Positions 17,255 to 27,053 of a stretch of 64,000 nucleotides of DNA are shown one piece after another; the first letter of the stretch is position 1, and the number at the start of each line of letters is the position of its first letter. The notes below the pieces were generated by a model. That model saw only the letters and a list, made by a program, of their open reading frames with translations, was not told where the DNA came from and did no database searches. Origin of the DNA: an uncultured Candidatus Micrarchaeota archaeon (GTDB lineage: Archaea; Micrarchaeota; Micrarchaeia; Anstonellales; Bilamarchaeaceae); contig OY970229.1 in the NCBI GenBank assembly GCA_963714085.1, positions 512,001-576,000 of the forward strand. Reading direction: 5' to 3'. Both the position numbers and the translations under genes were made by a program.

Positions 17255-19219
17255 ATGATAGATGTAGTTACATTCGCGTTCCTGGCAGGGGTGGCGGCGC
17301 TGCTTTATGCCGGGCTGCTGACCTTCCAGGTGCTCAGGTCACCTAAAGGCAATGACAAGATGCAGGAGATATCCGGCGCCATCAGGGAAGGCGCGAACGC
17401 CTTCCTCTCAAGGCAGTACAAGACGCTGGTGCCCATAGTCGTCCTGCTCGCATTGGTTATAGGATATTTCATCAGCGTCAACACCGCAATCGCATTCCTC
17501 GTAGGTGTGGTGTCCTCGGCCCTGGCGGGTTACATCGGCATGCAAGTGTCCGTGCGCAGCAACGTGCGCGTGGCAGAGGCTGCCAAGGGCGGGCTCGGGT
17601 CCGCGCTCTCCATGGCATTCAAAGGGGGCGCGGTGACCGGCATGGCGCTGGTGGGATTGGGCCTGATAGGCCTCAGCATACTCTATAACGTGTTCGGGCT
17701 CGTGCCGCTCATCGGCTACGGGTTCGGAGCCTCGCTCATATCCCTGTTCTCGAGGGTGGGCGGCGGCATATACACCAAGGCGGCGGACGTGGGCGCCGAT
17801 CTGGTGGGCAAGGTAGAAGCGGGCATCCCTGAAGATGACCCGAGGAACCCCGCCGTGATAGCTGACAACGTCGGCGACAACGTCGGGGACTGCGCGGGCA
17901 TGGCCGCGGACGTGTTCGAGTCGTTCGTGGTCACCGTGATCGCGACGATGCTGCTCGGATTTGCTATGGCTTCGAGCGTATTCGAGACATTACCGCTCGG
18001 CATAGCCGCGCTCGGCGTGATCGCCGGCATCGGCGGCTCGCTGTTTGTGAGGCTGGGCAAGGACAAGAAGGTGATGGGCGCGTTCTACAACGGCATAATC
18101 GCGTCCGCGGTCCTGATGCTCATCTTCAGCTACCTGTATCTGGGCAACATGCAGCTGTTCCTTACCGTCTTCCTCGGCATGCTCGTGACATTGTCCATGT
18201 TCATGATAACCGAGTACTACACGGACAAGGACAGCGGTGCTGTCAGAAGGATAGCCGAGGCTGCCAAGACCGGGGCTGGCACTAACATCATATCCGGCCT
18301 CGCCATAGGCATGGAGGCCACCGCGCTTCCTGCGCTGGTGATCGTGGCAGCGATTGCAATCGCCTTCAGCCTCGCCGGCATTTACGGAGTCGCGCTTGCC
18401 GCGGCCGCCATGATATCAATGAGCGGCATCGTGATAGCGGTGGACTCGTACGGACCGATAACGGACAACGCGGGAGGGATAGCCGAGATGGCCGGGCTTC
18501 CGCCAAAGGTGCGCGAGGTCACGGACCTGCTCGACGCCGTGGGCAACACCACGAAGGCGACTACTAAGGGTTATGCCATCGCGGGCGCCGCGCTCGGTGC
18601 TTTGGCCCTTTTCGCGGCGTTCGCCAACGAGAGCCATCTGACGAGCATCAACCTGCTCTCGCCGCCGGTGGTCATGGGCCTCTTCATAGGGGCGATGCTG
18701 CCGTTCGTGTTCTCCTCGCTGCTCATGACCGCAGTCGGGAAGGCCGCGTTCGAGATAGTGGAGGAGGTCCGCAGGCAGTTCCGCGAGATAAAGGGGCTTA
18801 TGCAGGGCAAGGCGAGGGCTGACTACGCCAGATGCGTGGACATCAGCACCGCCACGGCTCTGCGGGAACTGGCGCTGCCAGGGATAATGGCGGTCGTCAC
18901 TCCGCTTATCGTGGGCTTCCTGTTCGGCGCTGCGGCGCTCGGCGGATTGCTAGCCGGAGTGATAGCGTGCGGCTTCCTGCTGGCGCTGTTCTCCTGCACC
19001 GCCGGCGCGGCATGGGACAACGCCAAGAAGCTCATAGAGGGCGGCGAATACGGCGGCAAGGGCTCTGACACGCACAAGGCCGCCGTGGTCGGGGACACCG
19101 TGGGCGACCCGCTCAAGGACACCTCGGGCCCGGCTTTGAACGCGCTGATAAAGGTCGTGAACACGGTCTCTCTCGTGTTCGGCGCGGTGATTGTGGCCAA
19201 GAACCTCGGCCTGATCTGA
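17255..19219 (+). CDS. hppA: Membrane-bound proton-translocating pyrophosphatase (K+-independent signature GNTTKA)
   Basis: GGGIYTKAADVGADLVGKVEAGIPEDDPRNPAVIADNVGDNVGD, GDTVGDPLKDTSGP. Confidence 0.96.
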   Translation: MIDVVTFAFLAGVAALLYAGLLTFQVLRSPKGNDKMQEISGAIREGANAFLSRQYKTLVPIVVLLALVIGYFISVNTAIAFLVGVVSSALAGYIGMQVSVRSNVRVAEAAKGGLGSALSMAFKGGAVTGMALVGLGLIGLSILYNVFGLVPLIGYGFGASLISLFSRVGGGIYTKAADVGADLVGKVEAGIPEDDPRNPAVIADNVGDNVGDCAGMAADVFESFVVTVIATMLLGFAMASSVFETLPLGIAALGVIAGIGGSLFVRLGKDKKVMGAFYNGIIASAVLMLIFSYLYLGNMQLFLTVFLGMLVTLSMFMITEYYTDKDSGAVRRIAEAAKTGAGTNIISGLAIGMEATALPALVIVAAIAIAFSLAGIYGVALAAAAMISMSGIVIAVDSYGPITDNAGGIAEMAGLPPKVREVTDLLDAVGNTTKATTKGYAIAGAALGALALFAAFANESHLTSINLLSPPVVMGLFIGAMLPFVFSSLLMTAVGKAAFEIVEEVRRQFREIKGLMQGKARADYARCVDISTATALRELALPGIMAVVTPLIVGFLFGAAALGGLLAGVIACGFLLALFSCTAGAAWDNAKKLIEGGEYGGKGSDTHKAAVVGDTVGDPLKDTSGPALNALIKVVNTVSLVFGAVIVAKNLGLI

Positions 19220-19262
19220 TCTTCTTTTCTATTTTTATTCTCTTTCTCTTATCCTAGTCATA

Positions 19263-20534
19263 ATGTGCTATGCGATTCCAGGGAGGATCGTCTCCATAAA
19301 CGGCCGTACCGCCATTATAGACTACTTTGGAGAGAGGAAGGAGGCAATTGTTATTGGGACCCTGGGGTTCAAAGCCGGGGACTACGTCTATGCCCAGGGC
19401 GGGATAGTGGTAGACAAGGTCGCGGAATCCGAAGCGCTGCCAATCCTCAAGGCATGGAAGGAGCGTTTCTTTGAACTGAAGGAAAGGGACGCTGAAACGA
19501 CAAAAACAAAGGATAAATGTGCGTTCGTCCTAGACAAGGCGGAATCCGGGGCCCTGCTCACGAGAAGCGAGATAGAGGCCATACTCGCGATCCAGGACAA
19601 GAGATCGCTCCGCTCTCTTTATTCGGCAGCGAACCGCGTCCGTTCGCGCGAGCTCGGCAATTCCTGCTGCGTCCATGGCATCTTAGAGTTCTCTAACCAC
19701 TGCAGGAACGCATGCGCCTACTGCGGGATAAACAGGGGCAACACCGCGCTGAAGCGCTACAGGATGCCTGCGGACGAGATAGTCGCGGCAGCGGAATATG
19801 CCACGCGCTCACTTGGTTTCAAGGCCCTGGTCCTCCAGTCCGGCGAGGACGACCATTATACGGACGACATGCTCGTGGGCATCGTGAAGCGAATACGCGA
19901 ACGGTGCGGAATCCTGGTATTCATGTCCGTAGGCGAGCGTTCTATCGAATGTTATAAGAGGCTCTACGATGCCGGTGCTTACGGCGTGCTTCTCAGGTTC
20001 GAGACCTCGAACCAGAAAATATACTCGTTGATGCGGCCAGGGAAGAAACTGGAGGACCGCCTGGCCCTCATCAGGAAGCTGAAATCCCACGGCTTCATAG
20101 TGGCCACGGGCTTCCTCATCGGGCTTCCTGGAGCCACGGGGCAGGACCTGATAAACGACGTCCTGCTTACCAAGAGCCTGGGATCGGACATGTATTCCTT
20201 CGGCCCGCTCATCCCCCATCCGCAGACTCCGCTCGCAGGGACGAAGCAGATATCACCTGATTACGCGCTCAAAGCCATCGCGCTCTCGCGTCTGGTCGAC
20301 CCGAAGGCCAAGATCCTCGCGACAACCGCGCTCGAGACGCTCGAGAAGGGAAAGAAGGAAGGGCTTCTCGCAGGCGCGAACTCGCTCATGATAAACGTGA
20401 CTCCGGCGCATTACCGGCGGGATTATGATTTGTACCCTGGCAAGACAGGTGACATGAAGACGCAGGAGGAGATCCGAAAGACGCTTGAGCTCCTGTATTC
20501 GCTAGGAAGGGCGCCCACTGACCTAGGAAGATGA
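19263..20534 (+). CDS. HypC/HupF-like domain fused to a HydE/BioB-family radical SAM enzyme
   Basis: N-terminal MCYAIPGRIV...GDYVY; GILEFSNHCRNACAYCG, LVLQSGED, LRFET, PHPQTPL, AGAN, Y.LYPGK. Confidence 0.85.
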   Translation: MCYAIPGRIVSINGRTAIIDYFGERKEAIVIGTLGFKAGDYVYAQGGIVVDKVAESEALPILKAWKERFFELKERDAETTKTKDKCAFVLDKAESGALLTRSEIEAILAIQDKRSLRSLYSAANRVRSRELGNSCCVHGILEFSNHCRNACAYCGINRGNTALKRYRMPADEIVAAAEYATRSLGFKALVLQSGEDDHYTDDMLVGIVKRIRERCGILVFMSVGERSIECYKRLYDAGAYGVLLRFETSNQKIYSLMRPGKKLEDRLALIRKLKSHGFIVATGFLIGLPGATGQDLINDVLLTKSLGSDMYSFGPLIPHPQTPLAGTKQISPDYALKAIALSRLVDPKAKILATTALETLEKGKKEGLLAGANSLMINVTPAHYRRDYDLYPGKTGDMKTQEEIRKTLELLYSLGRAPTDLGR

Positions 20535-21901
20535 CGGATATGTATTCCCACGACGAGAAGAGGATAAACGGCCTGCTCGCAGGCTCAGGAGCCCCGGACG
20601 ACGAGAGGCTTGGAAGGATCCTGAAAAAGGCCGAATTGAAGAAGGGCCTTGACCTGGAGGAATCCGCCGCATTGTTGCAAATCCGTGACAGCGGGCAGCT
20701 GGAGCGCCTCTTCGCATCCGCCGGGAAGGTGAAGAACGACATCTACGGGAACAGGGTGGTGCTGTTCGCCCCGCTTTACATATCCGATTACTGCGTTAAC
20801 GACTGCGCGTACTGCGGGTTCCACCGCAGGAACAACGCCGCGAGGACACGGCTCACGCTGGAGGAGATAGGGAAACAGACCGAACGCATAATAGGCATGG
20901 GGCACAAGCGCATACTCCTCGAGGCCGGCGAGCATCCGGACACGACCATAGATTACGTGTGCGATGCCATAAGGCAGATATACAGGACGAAGCCGAGCAA
21001 GGGCGAGATCAGGCGCGTGAACGTCAACATAGCGGCCACCACGAAGGAGAACTACGCGAGGCTGAAGCAGGCGGGGATCGGCACCTACCAGCTGTTCCAG
21101 GAGACGTACCACCGCAGGACCTATGAGGCGTTGCATAAGGGGCCCAAGGCGGACTACGAGCGCCAGGTCACGGCGCACGGGCGCGCGTTCGAAGCTGGGA
21201 TAGACGATTACGGCATGGGCGTGCTGTTCGGACTCTACGACCACAGGTTCGAGGTCCTCTCGCTCCTGGCCCATGCGAAATATATGGAGCAGCACTATGG
21301 CGTGGGCCCGCACACGATATCCGTGCCCAGGTTCCGCCCGGCGCCATCCGTGGATTTCAGCCCGGCCTCCCTGGTCTCGGACCAGGACTTCCTCAAGCTA
21401 ATCGCTGTGATACGGCTCTCGCTCCCTTACACGGGAATGATAATCTCCACGCGCGAGACCCCGGAAATCAGGAAAAAGGCGTTCGGGATAGGCATATCCC
21501 AGGCCAGCGCGGGCTCCTGCACCTCGGTCGGCGGATACGGGGGCGGCGGCATCGCGGGGCAGTTCGAGATCGGCGACCACCGGGACGTGGACTCGGTGGT
21601 ACGCTCGCTCATGTCCCAGGGCTGCATACCCTCGTTCTGCACCGCCTGCTACCGCTCGAAGCGCACCGGAGACGCGTTCATGCGCCTGGCCAAGGCAGGT
21701 GACATCCACTACCTCTGCAAGCCCAATGCCATACTGACGTTCAAGGAGTTCGTCACTGATTATGCGGGCCAGGAGACCAGGAAGATGGGCGATGCGCTCA
21801 TAAGAAGGGAAGTCGAGAAGATAGAGAGCGACGAGAGGAGAACCGAGACGAAAAAACGCCTCGTGAGGATAGAAAAGGGCGAGCGGGACCTGTTCTTCTA
21901 G
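20531..21901 (+). CDS. hydG: [FeFe]-hydrogenase H-cluster radical SAM maturase HydG
   Basis: FAPLYISDYCVNDCAYCGF, YQLFQETY, GPHTISVPR, C-terminal CTAC-x22-C second cluster motif, GERDLFF end; 4-nt overlap with the upstream gene. Confidence 0.92.
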   Translation: MTDMYSHDEKRINGLLAGSGAPDDERLGRILKKAELKKGLDLEESAALLQIRDSGQLERLFASAGKVKNDIYGNRVVLFAPLYISDYCVNDCAYCGFHRRNNAARTRLTLEEIGKQTERIIGMGHKRILLEAGEHPDTTIDYVCDAIRQIYRTKPSKGEIRRVNVNIAATTKENYARLKQAGIGTYQLFQETYHRRTYEALHKGPKADYERQVTAHGRAFEAGIDDYGMGVLFGLYDHRFEVLSLLAHAKYMEQHYGVGPHTISVPRFRPAPSVDFSPASLVSDQDFLKLIAVIRLSLPYTGMIISTRETPEIRKKAFGIGISQASAGSCTSVGGYGGGGIAGQFEIGDHRDVDSVVRSLMSQGCIPSFCTACYRSKRTGDAFMRLAKAGDIHYLCKPNAILTFKEFVTDYAGQETRKMGDALIRREVEKIESDERRTETKKRLVRIEKGERDLFF

Positions 21902-24645
21902 CGGTACATACCCTCGGGCTTTTTAGCCGGGGGCGGTGGCGGGGGCTCCTCGCCGCCTTCGCCGCGCTCGCCATAGACCGAGAGGAACTCGTCGTATTCG
22001 CCCAGCATCCCCTTCGTGATGGACGGCTTCCTCTTCCTGAGCAGGGAGAGCACGTTCTCAGTAGCGAGCTTCCCCTCCTGGCCCGCTATCCTGCCCCTGA
22101 GGACGACCATCTTCGCGTCGCGGCAGACGAGCGCTATGTCCGCGCCGCTGAAATCCGGGGACGCGTCCGCCAGTGCATCCAGGTTCACTCCGGAAGCGAA
22201 CTTACCCAGATACAGCCTGAACAGGTCCACCCTCCCCTTCCTGTCCGGCTGGGGTATGTAGAATATCTTGTCGAACCTGCCGGGTCGGAGCAGCGCGGGG
22301 TCGAGGAGCCCGGGCTTGTTGGTCGCGGCTATGACGACCACGCCTTTTAGCTCCTTGAGCCCGTCCATCTCCGTGAGGAACTGTCCGACTATCTCCGAGG
22401 ACGTCACGCCCCTGGCAGGCGCGAACGTCTCGATCTCGTCTATGAATATTATGGCCGGCGGGTTCTCACGGCCCCTGTTGAAGGTCTCCTTTATCACCGA
22501 GACCGCCTGCGTGTAGCCCCGCTGCATTATCTCGGCCCCTGAGAGCGTCTGGAACGAGGCTTTGAGCTCGTTGCAGGCCGCCTTCACTATGAGCGTCTTT
22601 CCAGTCCCGGGCGGACCGAATAGCAATATGCCCTTGCTCGGCTTGATCTTCATCTCCTTCATGAGGTCCTCGTGCAGCAGCGGGACCTCTATGGTCTCAA
22701 GGAGCGCCTTCTTGACCTCGTCCAGACCGACAACGTCCTCCCATCTCACGACATCCTCCGCCGGCTTCACCTCTTTCTCAGCGCCCACCCTGCGCTCGAA
22801 GTCCAGCCTGAACTGCTCGTACTGGTCCAGCGCCGCCAGGGATGTGCTAGGCTTCACCGCCTCGATGACGGCCATGAGGTGGGCCATGCTCACGGGCACG
22901 ATGGCGTTAGCCTTCAACGCGTCCTTGCTGGCCAGCTTCACCGCCTCGTTCACGATGTTCTTTATGTCCGCGCCCGAGAAGCGCTCGGTCTTCTGGGCGA
23001 GCCTGTCGAAATCCACGTCCTTGTCATAGGGGAGCTTCTTCAGGTCCACCCTGAATATCGCCTCCCGCGCCTTCTTGTCCGGGAGGTGCATGTATATGAT
23101 CTTGTCCAGCCTGCCCGGGCGCAGAAGGGCGGTATCGAGCTGCGCGGGCAGGTTGGTCGTGCCGATCACCAGTAGCGGGACCTTGGTCTTCGTCGCCCCG
23201 TCCATCTCGGTCAGGAGCGTGGAGAGCACGCGGGGCGCTACGTCGTCCGAGGAGTACGCCTCCCTCTTCTTGCCTATCGCGTCGATCTCGTCGAAGAACA
23301 GGATCGTGGGCTTCCCCGACTTCCTAGCGTCGTCGAAGGCGTCCCGGACGTTCTTCTCGCTCTCCCCGAGCCATTGCGACATTATCTCCGTGGTCTTGAT
23401 CTCTATGAAGAAATACCCGATCTCCCTGGCGAGAGCGCGCATGAGCATGGTCTTGCCGGTCCCTGGCGGGCCGAATAGCAATATGCCGGAGGGCGGCTTG
23501 ATGTTGTACGCGAATGCGAGCTCCTTCTTGTCCAGGGGCATGGCTATGGAGTCGCGGAGCTCCTGCTTGACGTCCTCGTAGCCGCCCACGTCGTCCATGG
23601 ATTGCTCGGCACCGCCGACGGACATGTCCTTGAATCCGAACTTCCCGAAGCTTTTGAGGCGCTCCTGGCTCTGCGCCTCCTTCTCCCTGCTTATATGCAG
23701 GCCGAACTGCTCCAGGACGCCAAGGACTATTATGGAGACCACGACCGCAGAAGCGAGGCCTAGCGGCGGACCCTGGTTTGAGAACGCACTTATGATGTAA
23801 TAGAAAGGCAGGACGCTGAGAAGGGCGAGCGAGGACATCAGCTGCGGCCTGCGCTTTATCAGGCCCGAAAGGTAGGATGTGAGCCAGAGCGCGACCGCCC
23901 AGGCGATCATCTGGAGGAAGCCGGAATCCGAGAGCAGGATGAGCGACAGGTTCTTGATCACCTGCGCGATGGCGCTGTCCATCTCGTTCAGCACAGTTAT
24001 CTGCACCATGGAGGAAAGCGTGTTGGAGAAGGTCGCTGGCAGCGACATGATGTCCACGGCCGGGCGGCTGAGCATGAGCGGCTGGTATCCTGGCTGGTAT
24101 AAGGTCGTCACTATGGGCATGTAGGCCGAGTTCGAGACCAGCCAGATGGAGGAGAGCAGGAGTATGAGGAGGACCGACGGTACGGATATCAGTATGGATT
24201 TCTTCGACCCGAAGTGCATCGCGGCCATTGCCATGCCTAGGATGGTTACCCAGCCGAATATGGGGATCTGCGGGAAGAAGAAGGGCGCGAGCACGAGGAC
24301 CTCCAGGGCCGCAATCACCATCCAGTTGTCCCACACCTCGAACATGGCTATTGCCAGGAAAAGCAGGAACACCCAGCCGAACACGGCGGACTGGAACGAC
24401 ACCGCGGGCAGCGCCATGAGCATGCCCAGCACGACCGCTATGGGCGGATGCCTGTATGCCACCGCGCCGCACACGAGGGCCAGCACGGGCACGAGATAGA
24501 ACGGATAGAACGGCACCGTGCCCAGCAAGAACAGGGCGCCGAAGAAAACCAGCACGGCGGCCCAGAACTTCTCGTTCTCCTGGGCGAGTTTCACGTAGGC
24601 CCTGACCTTCTGACCGGCCATGGTCTTGGTTTCGACTACTGGCAT
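21898..24645 (-). CDS. Membrane-anchored tandem AAA+ ATPase (Cdc48-like D1/D2 with a polytopic N-terminal domain)
   Basis: About 320 aa of hydrophobic helices, then two GPPGTGKT, FFDEID/FIDEIE and RPGRLD/RPGRFD motifs. Confidence 0.9.
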   Translation of the reverse strand: MPVVETKTMAGQKVRAYVKLAQENEKFWAAVLVFFGALFLLGTVPFYPFYLVPVLALVCGAVAYRHPPIAVVLGMLMALPAVSFQSAVFGWVFLLFLAIAMFEVWDNWMVIAALEVLVLAPFFFPQIPIFGWVTILGMAMAAMHFGSKKSILISVPSVLLILLLSSIWLVSNSAYMPIVTTLYQPGYQPLMLSRPAVDIMSLPATFSNTLSSMVQITVLNEMDSAIAQVIKNLSLILLSDSGFLQMIAWAVALWLTSYLSGLIKRRPQLMSSLALLSVLPFYYIISAFSNQGPPLGLASAVVVSIIVLGVLEQFGLHISREKEAQSQERLKSFGKFGFKDMSVGGAEQSMDDVGGYEDVKQELRDSIAMPLDKKELAFAYNIKPPSGILLFGPPGTGKTMLMRALAREIGYFFIEIKTTEIMSQWLGESEKNVRDAFDDARKSGKPTILFFDEIDAIGKKREAYSSDDVAPRVLSTLLTEMDGATKTKVPLLVIGTTNLPAQLDTALLRPGRLDKIIYMHLPDKKAREAIFRVDLKKLPYDKDVDFDRLAQKTERFSGADIKNIVNEAVKLASKDALKANAIVPVSMAHLMAVIEAVKPSTSLAALDQYEQFRLDFERRVGAEKEVKPAEDVVRWEDVVGLDEVKKALLETIEVPLLHEDLMKEMKIKPSKGILLFGPPGTGKTLIVKAACNELKASFQTLSGAEIMQRGYTQAVSVIKETFNRGRENPPAIIFIDEIETFAPARGVTSSEIVGQFLTEMDGLKELKGVVVIAATNKPGLLDPALLRPGRFDKIFYIPQPDRKGRVDLFRLYLGKFASGVNLDALADASPDFSGADIALVCRDAKMVVLRGRIAGQEGKLATENVLSLLRKRKPSITKGMLGEYDEFLSVYGERGEGGEEPPPPPPAKKPEGMYR

Positions 24646-24688
24646 GAGGGGGACTACTCGGATACGGTTTTTAATCAGTGGGGTTTTC

Positions 24689-24949
24689 CTATTCTATCTT
24701 CGGGTCCGGCTCTATGCGCCTCCAGCTGCCGTTCATGTACTGCCAGAGCTGCTTGAAGCGGGAGTCGTAGACCAGGCTGTACTTGGACGCGTCGTCCATG
24801 GGCCGGTCGATCTCGATCAGGACGAACCTGCGCATCCAGTCTATCTCGTCCCGGAACACATTCCTCTCTATCGCGTAGATGCGGGCGCGCTCCTTCTTGG
24901 TCTTCTCGCACCAGTCCACGACCTTCTTTATCTCCTCCGCGGTCGGCAT
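24689..24949 (-). CDS. Small hypothetical protein
   Basis: 86 aa, host-like codon usage, packed between the DRG GTPase and AAA ATPase genes. Confidence 0.75.
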   Translation of the reverse strand: MPTAEEIKKVVDWCEKTKKERARIYAIERNVFRDEIDWMRRFVLIEIDRPMDDASKYSLVYDSRFKQLWQYMNGSWRRIEPDPKIE

Positions 24950-24954
24950 GACGA

Positions 24955-26037
24955 TTACCTCTTCACGATGCTTATTATGTCCCCGTCGACGAGGACGTGC
25001 TCCAGCCCCACGCGCTGCGACGCGTGCTTCACGCTCTTGCCCCAGACAAGCGCGTAGCGGAAGTTCTCCTTCAGGTCCCTGTGCAGCAGGGCGCAGAACT
25101 CGGCGACCGTGATGCCGGACTTCACTATCATCGGCTCGTCCAGGTCCGCCTTCTCCCTGCGCTTCTTGGTGAATATCTTTATGAAGCGGAGCTTGTCGTA
25201 TATGGCTTCTTTCAGCTGCTCCATGCCCTCGTTCTTCTCGGCGGATATGATCACATAGTCCTTGGGGAACTTCGTCAGCTCCCTCTTATCCACCAAGTCC
25301 GCCTTGCTCACCACGTAGACCGACGGTATGTAGACGCGGTTGCCTTCAAGCACGTCTATGAACTCGTCGAGCGTCACGTCCTCCCGGAGCACGACGTCCG
25401 CGTTGAATATGCGGTACTCGTTGAGCGCCGCGGTTATCTCGTTGTTGGTTATCCTCGTGATGGGGACCGTGGCGTTGATGGTTATCCCGCCGCGCAGCAT
25501 CTCCTTCACAACCACCGATGGCGGGCGCTTGTTTATCCTTATGCCGAACCCGTAGAGCTCGCTCTCTATGACCTTGTGCTGCAAGGGGGCGGCGGCCTCT
25601 AGCATGATCAGGACGAGGTCCGCGCTGCGGGCCACCGCGATCACCTCCCTTCCGCGGCCCCTGCCGTCCTTCGCGCCCTCGATTATGCCCGGAAGGTCGA
25701 GCAGCTGTATCTTGGCCTGCTTGTATTCCATGATGCCCGGGATGCACTTGAGCGTGGTGAACGCGTACGCCGCGGTCTTGGACTCCGCGTTCGTTATCCT
25801 GTTTAGGAGAGTGGATTTCCCGACGCTGGGCAGCCCGATTATGGCCACCGTGGCGTTGCCGGATTTCTTTACGTCGAAGCCGCCGCTCGCGGCGCCGTGC
25901 TTCCTGGGGCTGACAAGCTCGCGCCGCAGCTTGGCGAGCTTGGACTTGATGATGCCGATATGGTACTCCGTGGCCTTGTTCTTCTGCGTGCGCCCGAGTT
26001 CGTCCTCGAGCTCCTTTATCTTGTCCTGTATCCCCAT
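24955..26037 (-). CDS. DRG/Rbg-family GTPase with TGS domain
   Basis: TQKNKATEYH, GLPSVGKST, YAFTT, DLPGIIEGA, WGKSVKH. Confidence 0.95.
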   Translation of the reverse strand: MGIQDKIKELEDELGRTQKNKATEYHIGIIKSKLAKLRRELVSPRKHGAASGGFDVKKSGNATVAIIGLPSVGKSTLLNRITNAESKTAAYAFTTLKCIPGIMEYKQAKIQLLDLPGIIEGAKDGRGRGREVIAVARSADLVLIMLEAAAPLQHKVIESELYGFGIRINKRPPSVVVKEMLRGGITINATVPITRITNNEITAALNEYRIFNADVVLREDVTLDEFIDVLEGNRVYIPSVYVVSKADLVDKRELTKFPKDYVIISAEKNEGMEQLKEAIYDKLRFIKIFTKKRREKADLDEPMIVKSGITVAEFCALLHRDLKENFRYALVWGKSVKHASQRVGLEHVLVDGDIISIVKR

Positions 26038-26216
26038 GAGCGTCTCCTGGGTTTGTTTCGTGCGCTACCTTTTAATTGACTGAGCCCCGCGCCTTAGGAT
26101 ATGCCCACCCATTATAAATATTGCGGGCGAGTATGTTCAACGAGAAGCCCGTACCATCAGGCATGGGCAGCTCACGAGAAATCAGAGAGGTGAGGTTTTT
26201 GGGAGATGAAGGCGCT

Positions 26217-27017
26217 ATGACGCTTAGCAAGGACTATATCTATGGCATAGTGATAGTGGTGCTTGTGGCACTGCTCACCGTGTCGGTGTTCACGAACGGC
26301 TTCGGCATAATGCCGGTGAAGGTCAACAGCACGGCTGTAAACTGCACCGTCAACACCACGGTTGACCAGTTTGCTGGGTTGCAACAGATGCCGCTCACGG
26401 TCGGCAACCTGCCCGCACAGGGACAGGCCAGCGCTCCGGTGACCTGGGTCGAGTTCAGCGACTTCGAGTGCCCGTACTGCCAGATGCTTTATAGCCAGAC
26501 GGACGCGCAGGTGATAACTGCTTACGTCAACACCGGGAAGGTGAAGATGTACTTCAGGAACTTCCCGCTGGTCTCCATCCATCCAAACGCCGAGGCTGCG
26601 GCCGAGGCTTCCAGATGCGCGAACGAGCAGGGCAAGTTCTGGGCCATGCATGACAAGCTGTTCGACCAACAGGGCACGTGGGGTTCTGCCAGCGCCACGG
26701 ACGCGCAGACGGACTTCGTCGGCTATGCGACCGGGCTCGGGCTTGACGCCACCAGCTTCACGTCCTGCCTGACGTCGAGCAAGTACGCCAACGACATCCA
26801 GACCGACCTGCAGGACGGCCAGAGCTTCGGAGTCCAGGGCACGCCCGGCGTGTTCATGATGCTGCCAAAGGCAAAGACGGACTTCAACGCGCTGAGGAAC
26901 GTGGTGGCTGCGGCCGGCTTCAAGCTCTACCAGGACAATGACAGCCTGATAGTGTTCGTGCCTGGCGCGGACTCGTATTCCGCGTTCTCCCAGGTGCTGA
27001 GCACGGTCACGTACTAG
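26217..27017 (+). CDS. DsbA-family thioredoxin-fold protein, membrane anchored
   Basis: N-terminal TM segment, EFSDFECPYC, FRNFPL, GVQGTP; start uncertain. Confidence 0.9.
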   Translation: MTLSKDYIYGIVIVVLVALLTVSVFTNGFGIMPVKVNSTAVNCTVNTTVDQFAGLQQMPLTVGNLPAQGQASAPVTWVEFSDFECPYCQMLYSQTDAQVITAYVNTGKVKMYFRNFPLVSIHPNAEAAAEASRCANEQGKFWAMHDKLFDQQGTWGSASATDAQTDFVGYATGLGLDATSFTSCLTSSKYANDIQTDLQDGQSFGVQGTPGVFMMLPKAKTDFNALRNVVAAAGFKLYQDNDSLIVFVPGADSYSAFSQVLSTVTY

Positions 27018-27053
27018 AGACAGCCCTTCTTTTTTTTCCTCTTATTATTTCAA

